NCBI GenBank assembly: GCA_965140705.1
Contig: OZ223302.1
Coordinates: forward strand, 64,001 to 128,000
Source of the DNA: an uncultured Arcobacter sp.
Lineage (GTDB): Bacteria > Campylobacterota > Campylobacteria > Campylobacterales > Arcobacteraceae
Direction: 5' to 3'
Length of the DNA stretch: 64,000 nt
Shown here: positions 1 to 13,122 of the stretch, in pieces
Layout: every line of letters begins with the position of its first letter
Position numbering within the stretch: the stretch's first letter is position 1
Notes under the pieces: generated by a model
Seen by the model: the letters and a program-made list of their open reading frames with translations, nothing else
Database searches by the model: none
What the model was told of the DNA's origin: nothing
Made by a program: the position numbers and the translations under genes

Positions 1-612
1 TGTAACATTTACAGTATTTCTAAGGGTTTAAATTTCTTCTTAGAGCTTTTCCTTCAAATAATTTATTTTAACTGTAAAAATACTATATCCGGCTTAGAAG
101 CTGATACAGCAGATATTATTCTTCGATGGTTGCTATATTTTGAATTTGATTCTTTTAATAGAAGACTCCTTTATTTTATTTGTTTTAAAAACAAAGTAAC
201 TTTAAAGAAGATTTAGCTCATTATTATTAATTATTTTTAGCTAAATATTATTTTCCTTATAATTTATCTTCTAAAATTTATTATTTTATTGAAGTTGAAG
301 GCCTATTCAATTTTCCTTTTATACTTTTCTATAAATCAATCATGCTTCTTTATTTATTTCATTTTAAGTAATCAATTGTTTAATTGCTATGCTTTTCACT
401 TTCCATTCCGGATGAAATATTCTTTAACTTTTTACTAAGATTGGATATAAAATATAATAGGCAAACATTTGGAAATTGGTAGAATCAAAAAGTTTCAAAG
501 ATATTGGCTAGACAAATTCTTGGTTTCTTTCCTTTTTATAAAGAATAAGCAAAAAAATTGTAATTACAAGAATATTTTATTTATCTCTTTGATATTTTTC
601 AAAATAATCCAT
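1..612 (-). CDS. Hypothetical protein, 5' part (runs off window start)
   Basis: ATG at 612-610 (MDYFEKYQRDKQNIL), followed by a GT..AG intron-like segment and coding-like sequence when TAR=Gln; no recognisable domain. Confidence 0.35.
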
Positions 613-853
613 TATGAAATAATTAGTTATAATTTTTATTAATGTTTATAAAAAATATAAAATTATTAAATAAAATAAATTTATTTATTTAAATTAACAG
701 AAAGACTTTCTTAATTTTATCTAGTTAAATTTTACTTTAAACTTAATTCTATTAACTTTTCTTTTTTATTTTAATTGTTTATAATAAAAATTATTTAAAA
801 ACAAAAGATTATATAATAAAAATATTTAAATATATATTATATTTAATAATAAA

Positions 854-3576
854 ATGATGTATTAATAAAATGCAGGTTTTAAGTTTTTTTCGTTTGGAGC
901 TAACAAGAATATCAAAATTATCGAGCAAAGATTTCATCATTAAAATTTTTCAGCTGGAAATAGTCCCTAAAAGCTCAAAGAAAAGTAATTTGAAAATAAA
1001 AATTGAAAAGGAGTAATGCGTTGTCAATATAGAGAATATAGAGAATTACCTAAGCATGGGACCTTGCAATCTAACTTAAAATTTTCTTCAGAAGCATTAG
1101 AAAAGACTAATTATTATTCCCACAAAACTCCTGATAATGAGAAAAAATTGTCAAAGTTATCTAATCTTTTAACATACAGCCCAGAAAAATAATCGCAAAA
1201 TAATTAATAATTTAATAAGAAATTTGGAGTTTCAATTAGTAGAATGGGTCCTCCAAGGTCATTTAAATGTTTGAAAACAAAATAAGCATTAATATCTGGA
1301 AATTATGTTAATTGTTTTTCTATTTAATTTTTATGAATAGAATAATAATACTATCTCGTCGCTGGTGAATTATTAATTACTTTCTAATATTGGTTAAAAT
1401 AGCTCGTAAAATTTGGAACTCAAAACTAAAAATTTAGAATATAGAAAATAATTAATGGAAAAACATTATTAACATCATAAAACTGCAAGTTTACCCCCTA
1501 AAACATCTAAAAAAGGTTTTACTTATTATTTTATGAATTAAAAACAGGTGTATTTTCAAATACAAAAAATATATAAAATTTTGGCGATATAAATCACAAA
1601 ATAGAAAATACTATTATCCCTTTAAGTGATCTTTAAAGAGTAGCACCAATAATTCAATATAATCCGAATCTTACTGCACAGCTCTCCAAATAATCAAATT
1701 AATTTAACTGAACATAGCCAATTGAAAGAAATAATTAATTTTATAAGTAAAGAGCTTAATCAGCAGTCAGCCAATAAGAAAAATTTATAGAATTATAACC
1801 AGTAAAGAAATAAAAGGCAAAATCAATTGCTTAAGCCTAAACTCTTTTAAATAATAAATGAAATAAAGTTTATTAATTATTATTTTTTTATGAGAAAAGA
1901 TTTAATAATAAATACTTAATTCTTCAAAAACAAAAAGATAATCTTAAATGCGCATGAATTTAAGTGCAAAACCTAGATCTTAATTATAATCCGCAATAAA
2001 TATTAAAAATTAATATAAATTTCAAGATTTTGATTCAGAGGGATATAATCAATTAATTAAAAGAGTATAAGAAAAGAATAAAATTAATACAAATGAAAAA
2101 TTTACTTATAAATAATTGAAGAATTTATTAATAAAAAGAGAAGAAATTGAATAACGTAAAATTTTTAGTAGAAATTATAATTCAAAGAAAATATTTATTA
2201 ATTAAACAATGATAGTGAAGAAGAGGATAATGCCGAAATTAATAAAAAAATAGAAAAACAGAATTTTAAAGAAGAATTCCAAGAAAAAGAAAGAGCAAAA
2301 TTGGATCAGTTAGCAAATTTAAAACTATAAGTAAAATTTTAGTTTTTTATCTGGAAAATGAATGAATTAACTCTATTAAAATCAAGGCGAAAAGGCTTAA
2401 ATTGATCCAACTATTCTTAAATTAATTTAAGAACATACTGAAGTAAGAAAACTCTATAGAGAAAAGTAATTATTTGCAATAATATTAAAAATAATAGAAA
2501 GTCAGCTTCTGCCTAATAGCAACGACAAGAAAATTCAAATGATAATTCTATTGAGAGGGAGTAAAATTAATATTATTAAGAGAGAGAATAAAAATTAGTA
2601 AATTTTGAGTAATATTTATAAACAAAAAAATATCAACCAAATGAGGATGAATAATTTGAAAGAGCTTGTCTTCAAGTAAAATAATCTAAAAAACCATTTT
2701 TTTATTAGAAAATTGACTTATTTTAAATTGGGACTTCAAATAGCGTTTTTATAAATAAAAAACTGAAAGCCAAATTTAAGCTTTAATTATAACAATTGAA
2801 AAATGAGTATACTAAATCTCTAAAAAAAGCGAGAACAAAAAAAATGTTATTAAAATATTTAGTTGCTGCATCAATGCATAAAATGACTGTGAAAGATGTA
2901 TTATTTTAATAATTATTTTGAATTTTTAAAAGCTACTGAATTTTAACCCATTAAAAAGAGCTTCCTATAAAAGAGAAGGATCTTTCTGGTTTTTAAAAAT
3001 GATAAAATATGGAAAAATCGAAGAAATAAAAGAAAAATTAAATAACGATAGATATTTAGCTTATGATATGAATGAAGTAATAAATATATTATTTTGTAAA
3101 AAATTTTAAAAAAGCTGTAATAATCTGCTTTGCATATAGCGTGTAAGTGTGGCTGGAAAGATATTATCAAATTATTACTTTCGTATCATGTTTTTATTGA
3201 TTCATAAGATATGGTAATATTTACTTTTGCAAAGTTTTTAATTAGATGGGAAAAACTGCATTATATTATGCAGCAAAGCACTAGGATATTGAAATTTGCA
3301 AAGTATAATTAATTGTTTCTATTAAATTTATTTAATTTAGATGCTTTTTTATTATGGAGCATCACCTTGGTGTATGAAAAATTGCAATTATAATAAGCTA
3401 GATCTTTCTCCAGATTTATTTGCTCTTTTTAAAACGGCAAAGAAAGTATTATTACTTTACTTATTTTTTTATGTTTTTTATTTAACAAATTTTAGTTGTA
3501 AATGGGTATATCACTAGCTTCTTGTAGTAAAAGAGAAGAAATATTCTTAGCATAAAGAGATTAGCTTTTTAAATGA
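854..3576 (+). CDS. Multi-exon protein with C-terminal ankyrin repeats (could be two genes)
   Basis: ATG 854 opens MMYQQNAGFKFF...; exons at ~3115-3370 read QQSALHIACKCGWKDIIKLLLSYHVFIDSQDM / GKTALYYAAKHQDIEICK / MLFYYGASPW (ankyrin consensus); ends ...RDQLFK-TGA at 3574-3576. Confidence 0.7.
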
Positions 3577-3669
3577 AATCAGTCTTTTTGTATTTATAAA
3601 TTTTTTTTAAACTTTATAAAAACAAAATAGTTATAATTTTCTACAAATTAATTTTATTTTTATCAAGTA

Positions 3670-6369
3670 ATGCCAAAATCAATCACAATGAGATAAATTG
3701 TTAAAAATATTAACAATGGAAATAATTTGCACTAATTAATGTCCTCAGTTTATTAAAAGTTAAAATAATTTATTTTTAGCTAATTATAGATCTTCGTGCT
3801 GTATTTAATAATTACCATAAATTTCTTATTAAACTGTCAGAGAGGAATGAAAAAAAAAGTAAAGATTTTAGTTTTTTGAAATAAAGCCCTCAGTAACAAA
3901 ACTTTAAAATTGTTCTTCTGCAAATTCCCAAGAAAACTCTTTCAATCACTCAAAAACAAGAAACCTGAGATTAACTCATCATTATTCGGAACCCAAATTA
4001 TAAACCAGTGTAAATTGAACAGAAATTTAAATCCCAACTCATAAATTTCACAAAAATAACTTTAGTATTCCTGTAAAGTACCCAATGTTTTGCACAAGCA
4101 ATTTTAAAAAACTATATACAACTTAATCCTTTGCAAAGAAGGAAGTATAAGCAACTCCTTAAAAAAAATTTGATAGTAAAAAATTTGAGAGTTTAGTTAA
4201 GGGAAAATTTATACACCCTTTGGAAAAAATTATTTATTTAAGATAGGTTTTTAAAAATTCTGCTAAATTAAAGACAAACAGTTTAATAAAGCCGAAAACA
4301 GCGACTAATGATTTTTCAAAACAATAAGCAAATCTTATTTTAAATATTAATTAAAATAATTCTTAAACTGAAGATGCTTCTTAAAAACTTTATTAGTAAA
4401 AACAAAAATTACTTGAATAATCTATTAAGGATACTAATCTGAAATTAAATTTAACAAAATCTCCGTAATTCTTAAACAAAAGGAGATAATTTGTATTATA
4501 TAAGCTTGAAAATGTCTTTTTTGGTAAGAAGTATAATGAAATTGATAATAAAGTTTGGGTAAAAGATTTCTAATGTCCGCCTCGTAATTAAATCTTATTA
4601 ATTTGCTAAAAAACTTTCTTAAATTAGTGAAATTATCTTAATAATAGTTAACTAATAAAATTAAAGGCTATTTTTAAGCAACTTATCATTCAATTGTACC
4701 AAATAATGGAATATCTTTGTCAAACCTATAAAAATATTTTCCAGAATTATTAATGAATTAAAAATAAATTATTTCAAATCAAATATTACTTGCTATGAAT
4801 ATTTCGCCGACAAATAAAAATGAGACTTTTATTAAATTTGATTAATATTATGAATTTTTACAATTTTTTGTATTTCGTGAATGTGGAATGAAACAATTAC
4901 TCTAATTTTTAAATAAAGTTAATTACCTTTTTTAATAATTATTTTAGATATTTAATTCCTAATCGTTTCTTACTTTAAATGTTTAAATAGAAAATGATAA
5001 TTAATTAAGTTACTAAAATAATTACCATAAAACACTTGAAAAAAATCAGTTTTTATTAATAATTCAATAAATGTCTTAAAATATTCCTTAATTATATAAT
5101 TCACTAGTAGAGCTTTTCTATGAATATTAGGTAGTTTCCAGATAAGATGAGATAATTAACTTTAAATAATTCAATTTTTTATTTGAATCAAAGAAAGTTG
5201 ATATACATTTTTTTATCAATATGTTTTTTTTTTGATTTTTTCTATAAGATCAAATAAATGTAATTATTTTGATAAAAATTTATATTAATAATAAATTAAA
5301 ATTTTTTTTCTAACTAACAATGTAAGGACCACTATACAAAGAAATGAAATAACGTTCAAAAAATCAATTTTTCTCTGGACAATTTGATTAACTTTAAGGA
5401 AAAACATCTTAAAGATCTATGCTAAAAACTGCATTATAATCCGATTGCAGTTTAAATAATGAAATTGATTTTAATTCGTAGAATTATCAATTATTTAAAT
5501 AATTTATCAAATAAAAGCAAAAATAATTTGTTTGAGACTAAATGACAAATAGTTAATAGCAATTAACTGAAGCCAACCGTTAAAATGAATATTTATTAAC
5601 AAAATTAAATTAAAATGAACTTGTAATATAAAAACTTTAAGACGAGCTGTAAAATGAAAAATAAAAAACATATACCTCAGAATTAGAGTTATAAAAGGCA
5701 AAAATCAAACTAAGTGAATTAATAGTTGATTATGAATCATGTGAACAAAATTTTGAAGAATTTTAAATCAAAACAAACAATGAACGAAAATCTTTACTTT
5801 AAAAGTTATCAGTACTCGAAAAAGAAATTTCTGGTTGAGCCAATTAAGAAAAACAAATGAAATTAATGTAGGATTAATAGGAGGCAAATGAAAGGGTAAT
5901 TTAGGATTTAAAATTGCAAGTATAAACTCTGAGAGAATATTGAAATAGAGAAAGAGTTCGTTGGGAGAGTCGATTAAATTCGCTTGAGTAAAAATTCATT
6001 TTAGAGTTTTAAGGGGGCAGGAGGAATAATCAACATGAAGTTGATTATACTTTTAGAAAAAATTTAGATTAAAAAATTAATTATAAAAAAAGAGAAATTC
6101 CGTAAATGTTTTTGAGTCCTTAATAAAATAATAATAAGAAAGCAGAAGGAATGTTTAATTTTTCAAATGCAAGTTATTAGAAGTTAAGTAAAAATTTTGA
6201 ATTTATGTCAACTACTTCACCAAAAAATAATAATTCTCTTGATAAAAATTAACTAATAAGTAAACTCTATAATACTTCTTGTAGCAATTTAAAGTAATAA
6301 GAAATTTCTAGCTAAAAAATTTAATAACTAAAAAATAAATATTTATTTTAATTGAACAGCAATTAATGA
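3670..6369 (+). CDS. Hypothetical multi-exon protein, Q/N/K-rich with probable coiled coil
   Basis: ATG 3670 (MPKSITMRQIVK...), long open exons under TAR=Gln separated by short GT-AG introns; probable end ...LNSNQ-TGA at 6367-6369. Confidence 0.5.
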
Positions 6370-6475
6370 GTAGATAGATTTATTTATTTATTTTTTATTT
6401 TATTTCTTTTTTCAAATTTATATATTTACATTTATATATTTACATTTATTTTTATTTAAAATAATTTTGTATTTA

Positions 6476-7289
6476 TCAAAATTTTTCCATTATTTCTTAT
6501 GCCTTTCCTAATTCTTTTCTGAAATTACTAAATACTTCAACATACCTGATATTAATTCCTCAAGTTTATCTCTAAAAATCACAAAATTACATTAAGCTGG
6601 CTTTTCAGTTTCCTAATACGCAATATTTATTGAAGCATATTATGAATAATCTTCAGGTACATTTTTAATTTAATTTGAACTAATCATATCATTTATTGAA
6701 TAATTTATTGAAACAAATTTTGAAGCTAATAATAATTAAAAAAATAACAATAAAACTTCTTGGAAATTTTTTTAATGCTGCATATTTTAATTTTTCTTTG
6801 TTTTCTTTAAATGCTTTTCCAATCATGTCACAATTTTCTTTTAAAATTGAAGTAATATCCAATATTATTGAAATTTACCTTTTGGCAATCCTAAATTAAT
6901 CAACTCTTTTAATAATATAACATCAGAAATATCATATCTAGTTGAATTAGATAAAATAAATTCTAATGATGCAATTATAGAATTAATCTCTTCATTATCT
7001 ATTATTATAAAAATAAAATAATAATTAAAATCTAAAAACTAAATCCAGAATTTCTCAGTAATTGATACACTTTTTCTTGCTAATAAAATCATAAATTATA
7101 ATAAGTTATTTACATTATCTATTTCTTCTAAAAGATGCTAGATAATATGATTAAGGATTAATTTTAATTTAAGTGCAGTCTGAAATAAAATTTATCAGAT
7201 AAATTATTGAGTACTATTTTTCCAATGTTAGCTGATTCAGCTAAAAACCATTCTGGACAAGTAAGATTGCCACAAAATTAAAATCTCAT
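6476..7289 (-). CDS. COMMD4: COMM domain-containing protein 4 (Commander/CCC complex subunit)
   Basis: Starts MRFQFCGNLTCPEWFLAE (cf. COMMD4 MRFRFCGDLDCPDWVLAE); internal LEFILSNSTRYD and LINLGLPK; ends ELGKAQEIMEKF-TGA at 6478-6476; several short introns. Confidence 0.85.
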
Positions 7290-7449
7290 AATATAATCAA
7301 GAAATTATTTTTGAAAAAATATTAAAATTAAACTATAAAATAAAATTAATGCAGAAAAATAAATAAAATTAAACTCTGAAAAATTAGAGATAAAATTAAA
7401 TTATTATTGATGACATGATTATTTCGTTAAAAGTTAAGGTTTTACTAAA

Positions 7450-9277
7450 TTTTTTAATTCTAATTTTCATTATTTTTTAGCCTTTGCAAAGAGATTAGTT
7501 TGAATCATTAATGAGATTCCTCCAAAAACAATGAATAAAATTAATAATAAATATAAATTAATAATTATTGTCAATTTTGTTTTATGTATATATATATATA
7601 TAAATATTAGGATGCTAAATTTCGAATCAACATTATGTTTCTTCAAATGGAATATTTTGCTTTTATGACTTTTTTAATCTTTAAATAAAGGTATCAAGCT
7701 CCTTTTTTTATACCTAAAGAAATTGAATAATAAAAATTAAAGACTAATTTATCCTGCTGAGCTTATTTTGTCATAACTTCAAGTGACTTATTTCTCAGCA
7801 AATTCAAAGCTTAATTTTATCTCCTTGCTTCACGTTCAAACTATATTTTTTTTGCTATTTTTGCTTAGCTATCCAGCATAGTTCCTAATTTGTCTTTCAA
7901 TAAATTGCTTTATGAAAGTACTTTGCTAATAAATTTATTTCCATGAATTCTATTATAATCAATAAAATTTTTCAATTATTCTTCTTATTCTCCAGGATAT
8001 TTGCCTGTAACTAATCTTTGAATATCTTTTAATTTATCCTCATCCTCGCAATTATCGTAAATCTCTTTATAATATGAAATAGCTTTGCTTTTTAATTAAT
8101 TAAATGCATCAGAATGAACAAAATGCTCTTAGTTTTAATTTATATGCAAAAGGCCCAGTTTATACAGTTCACCTATACTCATTCCTTGAATATCCTTAGG
8201 TATTATAATATTTTTAGACTATATATCTCTGCTTTAGTTTTAAAGTGGGGAGGAAAACGAATATGCTGAGGAAAGGTGAAGACTTTCTGATGGTAATTCA
8301 TATTTTTTAGTATTTTAAGTATTTTCAAAATTTAAAGGAGATTCAAAGGGATTTTTTATTTTTTATTTATTTTTTCTATCTAATGAATTATTAACATATG
8401 GGAAATTTTTCATTTCACTATTTTTTTGCATTACTTCTATAGATTTTTATAATTCTTCTTATTATTACTGATATTATTAATGCTTATTCGGGGGACTAAG
8501 ATTAAAAGGTAATTTTAAATTATATAATTATTTAATTGATTTTAAAGCATTTCTTTACATCTAATATATAGACTTTGGTTTGAATTAATTTGCAGTTTAA
8601 ATAGAAATTGGGCTAATAGATTATTAACTTCATGTTAATTAGTTATTAACTTTTTAATTCTAAAATTTTCTACGAATATCAATAATTTTTTTAAGCTTTT
8701 TGTTTTCAATAACTTGCTGTTCGATTTTTTCTTGTTTTATATATTTATCATAAGCATCCTCTTCTTTTGAAACAATATTTCCTCTAAATAATTGATTCAT
8801 TTATTTATTGTTTGTTGACGAAAAATCATTCCACTTATTTTGAGCAGAAAGAGTTAACTTTAAATTCAGTGGCAATCTTTTATAGTTAATAGCTTTATTA
8901 TCTACACAATCTATAAGACCAATTATGTCTTATTATTCAAGATTATTAAATTTTTGCGAACAATCAAGTTATAAAGCTTTTCTTTCCAATTTACGATTTG
9001 AAAGTCTCTAAAGTGTTTAACTTCGGTTTAATAGTAATTCATTAATTTTTCGATTATTATTTAAAGTGTTTTAATTTTCATTATTAAGCCATAATTCATT
9101 TAGATTATCTTTTGCCCGTTTGTTTAAGACTGCTTCAATTCTTTATAATTTTGGAATTTGTTCTGAGGAAAATCCTTTATCTTTAACAGAAATTACAGAT
9201 AAGCATCTTGGAAGTTGAGGTTAAGTTTACTATAATTTCTCACTTGACAATTTCTCAAGCTTTTCTTTTCTAATCAT
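7450..9277 (-). CDS. Hypothetical protein (3' end uncertain)
   Basis: ATG 9277 (MIRKEKLEKLSSEKLQQTQPQLPRCLSV...) with a long open frame under TAR=Gln; no recognisable domain. Confidence 0.45.
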
Positions 9278-9443
9278 TCAAAATGTATAACTTTATGGAA
9301 TTAAAAAAAACAATTAATAATTAAATAATTTATTTAGAAAAAAACAATTTTTTTAGAGTTTGTCTATATTTAGCAAACTCTTTAAGAATAATTTTTTTTC
9401 TAAATTTTATTAACTATTAATATTACTTTTTATAAATTCAAAA

Positions 9444-10516
9444 ATGTCAAAATAAGAAAAATTTTAAGCAAAATAAAGTAATTAATTTAAAGATAACATT
9501 TAAGTATCCTACCAAATTGGAATAGAGACATTTTCAGAGTTAGAAAACAATTTAGAATTGTTTCAACATGATGGTTTTACTATTTAATTTTACAATTTTA
9601 TCTTTCTATATTTTTAAAATAGATTAGCTTGAATGGAATATGAGTTCTCTTGTAATTTTTATTATCATTATGAAATATTTTATTTATTTTTCTTCTTTTT
9701 TTTAGTAAGATTTCTTAGCTTAAGAAACAGAAAATTTTGATATTCTTTAATGAATCGGAAATGATAAAAATTAAATATAAAAAATTGCTGCTTTATAAGA
9801 TTTCAAATCTATGATTTCCTTTGTTAGCAAGCATTTCAACCCAGAAGATACAATGAATTCTTTGCCATTTCAGAACTCCAAATAAAAATAATCAACAATT
9901 AATGACTAATTAGTTAAAGAATTATAATAGGAATTTCGAAATGAATTTTTGGGGAAAAGAAGTAAAAGTGAAGGAAGCTTGGATGACAGCTTTAGCAATT
10001 TAGAATTGCAGTTAAATGAAGAACAAGAAATGTAGAATCATGAGGGAAGGAATTTTAATTGAAGAAAAGAGTAAAATTCAAATAAAAAATGTAAAAAGCA
10101 GTTGAAAATTCTGAATAATTTTGAAGATAAAATTCATCAAACATCCCAAAGTTTTAATTTTCATTGGTAATTTTTATTAATTAGAAATAAATAAAGAAAA
10201 TATTTGTTCTCATATAAATCAAGAATCGATTGACTCTGAAAAAAATAATTAAATAACTATAAATGATTAAATTATAGAAATGGAAAATAAAACAAAAAAT
10301 TAACAAAAATGCAAATAAAAAAATAAAAAAAAGAATTAAAATTTAAAAAAGAAAATTGGAAACTAATTTAAAGATGAAATTAAAGAATTTGAAGAAAGAA
10401 TGGATCTAATTGCAAAAAAAAATTCAGTAGAAGTTAAAGTAAAACCTAATTTAAGTTAATAATGGTTAGAAAAACTGAAATAATAATTAAATAAAAATAA
10501 ATAAATTAAAATTTGA
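9444..10516 (+). CDS. Hypothetical protein
   Basis: ATG 9444 (MSKQEKFQAKQ...), short introns, C-terminal VEVKVKPNLSQQWLEKLKQQLNKNKQIKI-TGA at 10514-10516. Confidence 0.5.
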
Positions 10517-10817
10517 TTATTAATAAATATACAATTATTATAAATTTTATTACTAATACAGAAATCCATGCCATACAAAAGGCATTTATAAACCTTAAAA
10601 GAACTATATTTGTTTTGAATTAAATTTTATGAATTGTGAATAAATTGTAAATTAATTGTAAAATTGTCTCGAATTGAAAGAAATAAAAAATAAACTATTT
10701 TCAAACATTAAAATAAAACAATTAAAATTTAGAATTAGTTTAATTTTAAAGGAAATAGGGGTTTAAAATATTTAAAATTTAAAAAAATTTTAAATAAATA
10801 TATTGTGGAATGAATTT

Positions 10818-12182
10818 ATGCCTTCAAAACAAAAAACAAGTTCTCTTAAAAATTTTTAGCTTACTTTTATAGACTTTTGTTTAAAAAAAGCCAAAAAAGG
10901 CATTACAAAATCATTTTCGGAGTATGTTTAATTTAAATTGCATATAATGTATTAAAAATTTGTTTTACTCTTAATAAAATTAGAAAAAAATCCTTTAAAT
11001 GATTTATCAAATGAACTAATTTCAAAAAATAAAAATGAAGTTATAGAAATGAAATTACAGAAAGAAAAATAATTATGCCAAGAATTAGATTAAAAAACGT
11101 AATTTTAAAAAAAAGAATAATAGTAAAAACACTTCTAATAATTATTAAATCCTTAAACTCTTAAGCTAGGGAAAAAAATATAGTTAAGTAATTATTTTTA
11201 ATTTTATGTAAAACTATAAGATTGCTTTAATAAATGAAGAAAGCAGCTATAGGATTGCTTTTTGGCAGAATAACCATTAATAAATATAAATGATTTGTTT
11301 TATATTTTTTTCTTTTAAATTTCTTATTTATTTTTAGGTATTAGCATCCATTATTAGAAAAAATCTTAGGTAATAATTATTCAGTCAAAGAAAAAAAAGA
11401 TCAAGACTCAAATATTTAAATAATCTATAGTCCAGCTGATAATTTTAAAAATAGTAATGAAAATTAAAAATTGATTGATAATTATCAAGAGAAACCTTAT
11501 AAATATGAAATTAATGACCCTAATTTAATTCTAAAATTGTAAAAATAGCTGGAAAAATAATAATTTTAGAAATCAAAATATGATGCAAACTTACAATTTA
11601 ATAATAAAAATTAAAATTTAGAGAAAGTCTAACAAAATTAAAATTAGATGATTCTTTTGCCATTATAAAATATATCAATAGATTAAATTTAAAAGCAATA
11701 TTAAAACAATCTAAATATATAAAATCAAAAATAGTTTTAATAAAGTAGCATTCCCCCATAAGATGATTAAAAGATTCAAGATTTAATTAATATTATATAA
11801 ATCCTTACAAGCCAAGAATAAAAAAAAAATTAATAATAATATACTAATAATTATTCATCATGTTATTAAATCCCTTAATATTAAGAATAAAAACAAAGAA
11901 ATTAATAGAATTAATTGATTTCTATTTTAAAATAATAATACCTACAATAATAATAATAATCTTACTAATAATAATTTGATATTACGAATTTTACTTCTAA
12001 ATTTACATAATAGAATAAAATTAATGAATAATCAAATTACTTTCATTAATTTAATGAAATTATTAATGAAAAAGAGAATCAATCAAATAATTAAAGTTAT
12101 TTTTTCTTATATTAAAATATAATTTAAAGGTTATTTTACTCCTGCTTAGTGTAAATCTAAAAAAATAAAATTTTGTTTTTGA
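10818..12182 (+). CDS. Hypothetical Q/N-rich protein
   Basis: ATG 10818 (MPSKQKTSSLKNFQLTFIDFCLKKAKKG), short introns, low-complexity Q/N exon, ends GYFTPAQCKSKKIKFCF-TGA at 12180-12182. Confidence 0.45.
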
Positions 12183-13122
12183 AAATTAGAAATAATATTT
12201 ATATAGATATTTTTTTCTTTTGGAAACTTAAATATATTTTTTTTTAATTCATTTTAATAAATTCTTAATATGCAAATTTCTCTAACTTAGGAAAATTAAA
12301 ATTAGAAAAGCAAAAACTCTACATTTTTGTTCAAATTGCTCCAACAAATTTATATTTGAAGATTAAAAATTATTAGGATTTGCATTAATGATTAGCAATA
12401 TTAATTAAATTAAACTTAGGAAAATAAAAATAATAAACAAATACCTCAACATTTTTGTTCAAAATACATGATTCTAACTAAATTTGATTTAGTTAAAATT
12501 AACTTTCCTAAATATTATCTGTTAAATATTTAAATTAATATAAAACTATTTCTGCTATTTTTTTTTGAATTTTAGTTGAGAAAAAAAATGAAAAAAATTG
12601 TTACTTTCGTCCTTCTCCTTAAAATAAAAAAAAGTAATAATTTCTATATTGTACTAATATTTTTGAATTTTGAAATTAATTTGAAGTAAAACACTTAAAG
12701 AACATTTTGCATTATTAAATGATAATCCATTCAACTGCAATAAATAATTACGATGCAAAAATTCTGAATATTTTAGAGATATTTCATCACTTTTATATGT
12801 TTACTTAATTAATTTTAAATTGCTATATATATATATATATATGCTTGATAAAAATTAAAGGAGTTATGAAATAGAATAGAAACATTTTTTGAGCAGGAAA
12901 GTTTCCTAAAATAATATAAAGGATACATATTCAAGGATTTCCTAAATACATTAATTATATTTTTTAAGTTTATTAAACATTTAAAGAAAACATAAATATT
13001 AAATATTATTATATTTTAAATTTTTTGTTTTTCTTGTAGAAATTAGCATTTGCTTAATATTATATATATAAGAACCATTTAATATCATAAAATTAGAATG
13101 AATTTAAATTAAAAAAAAATTA

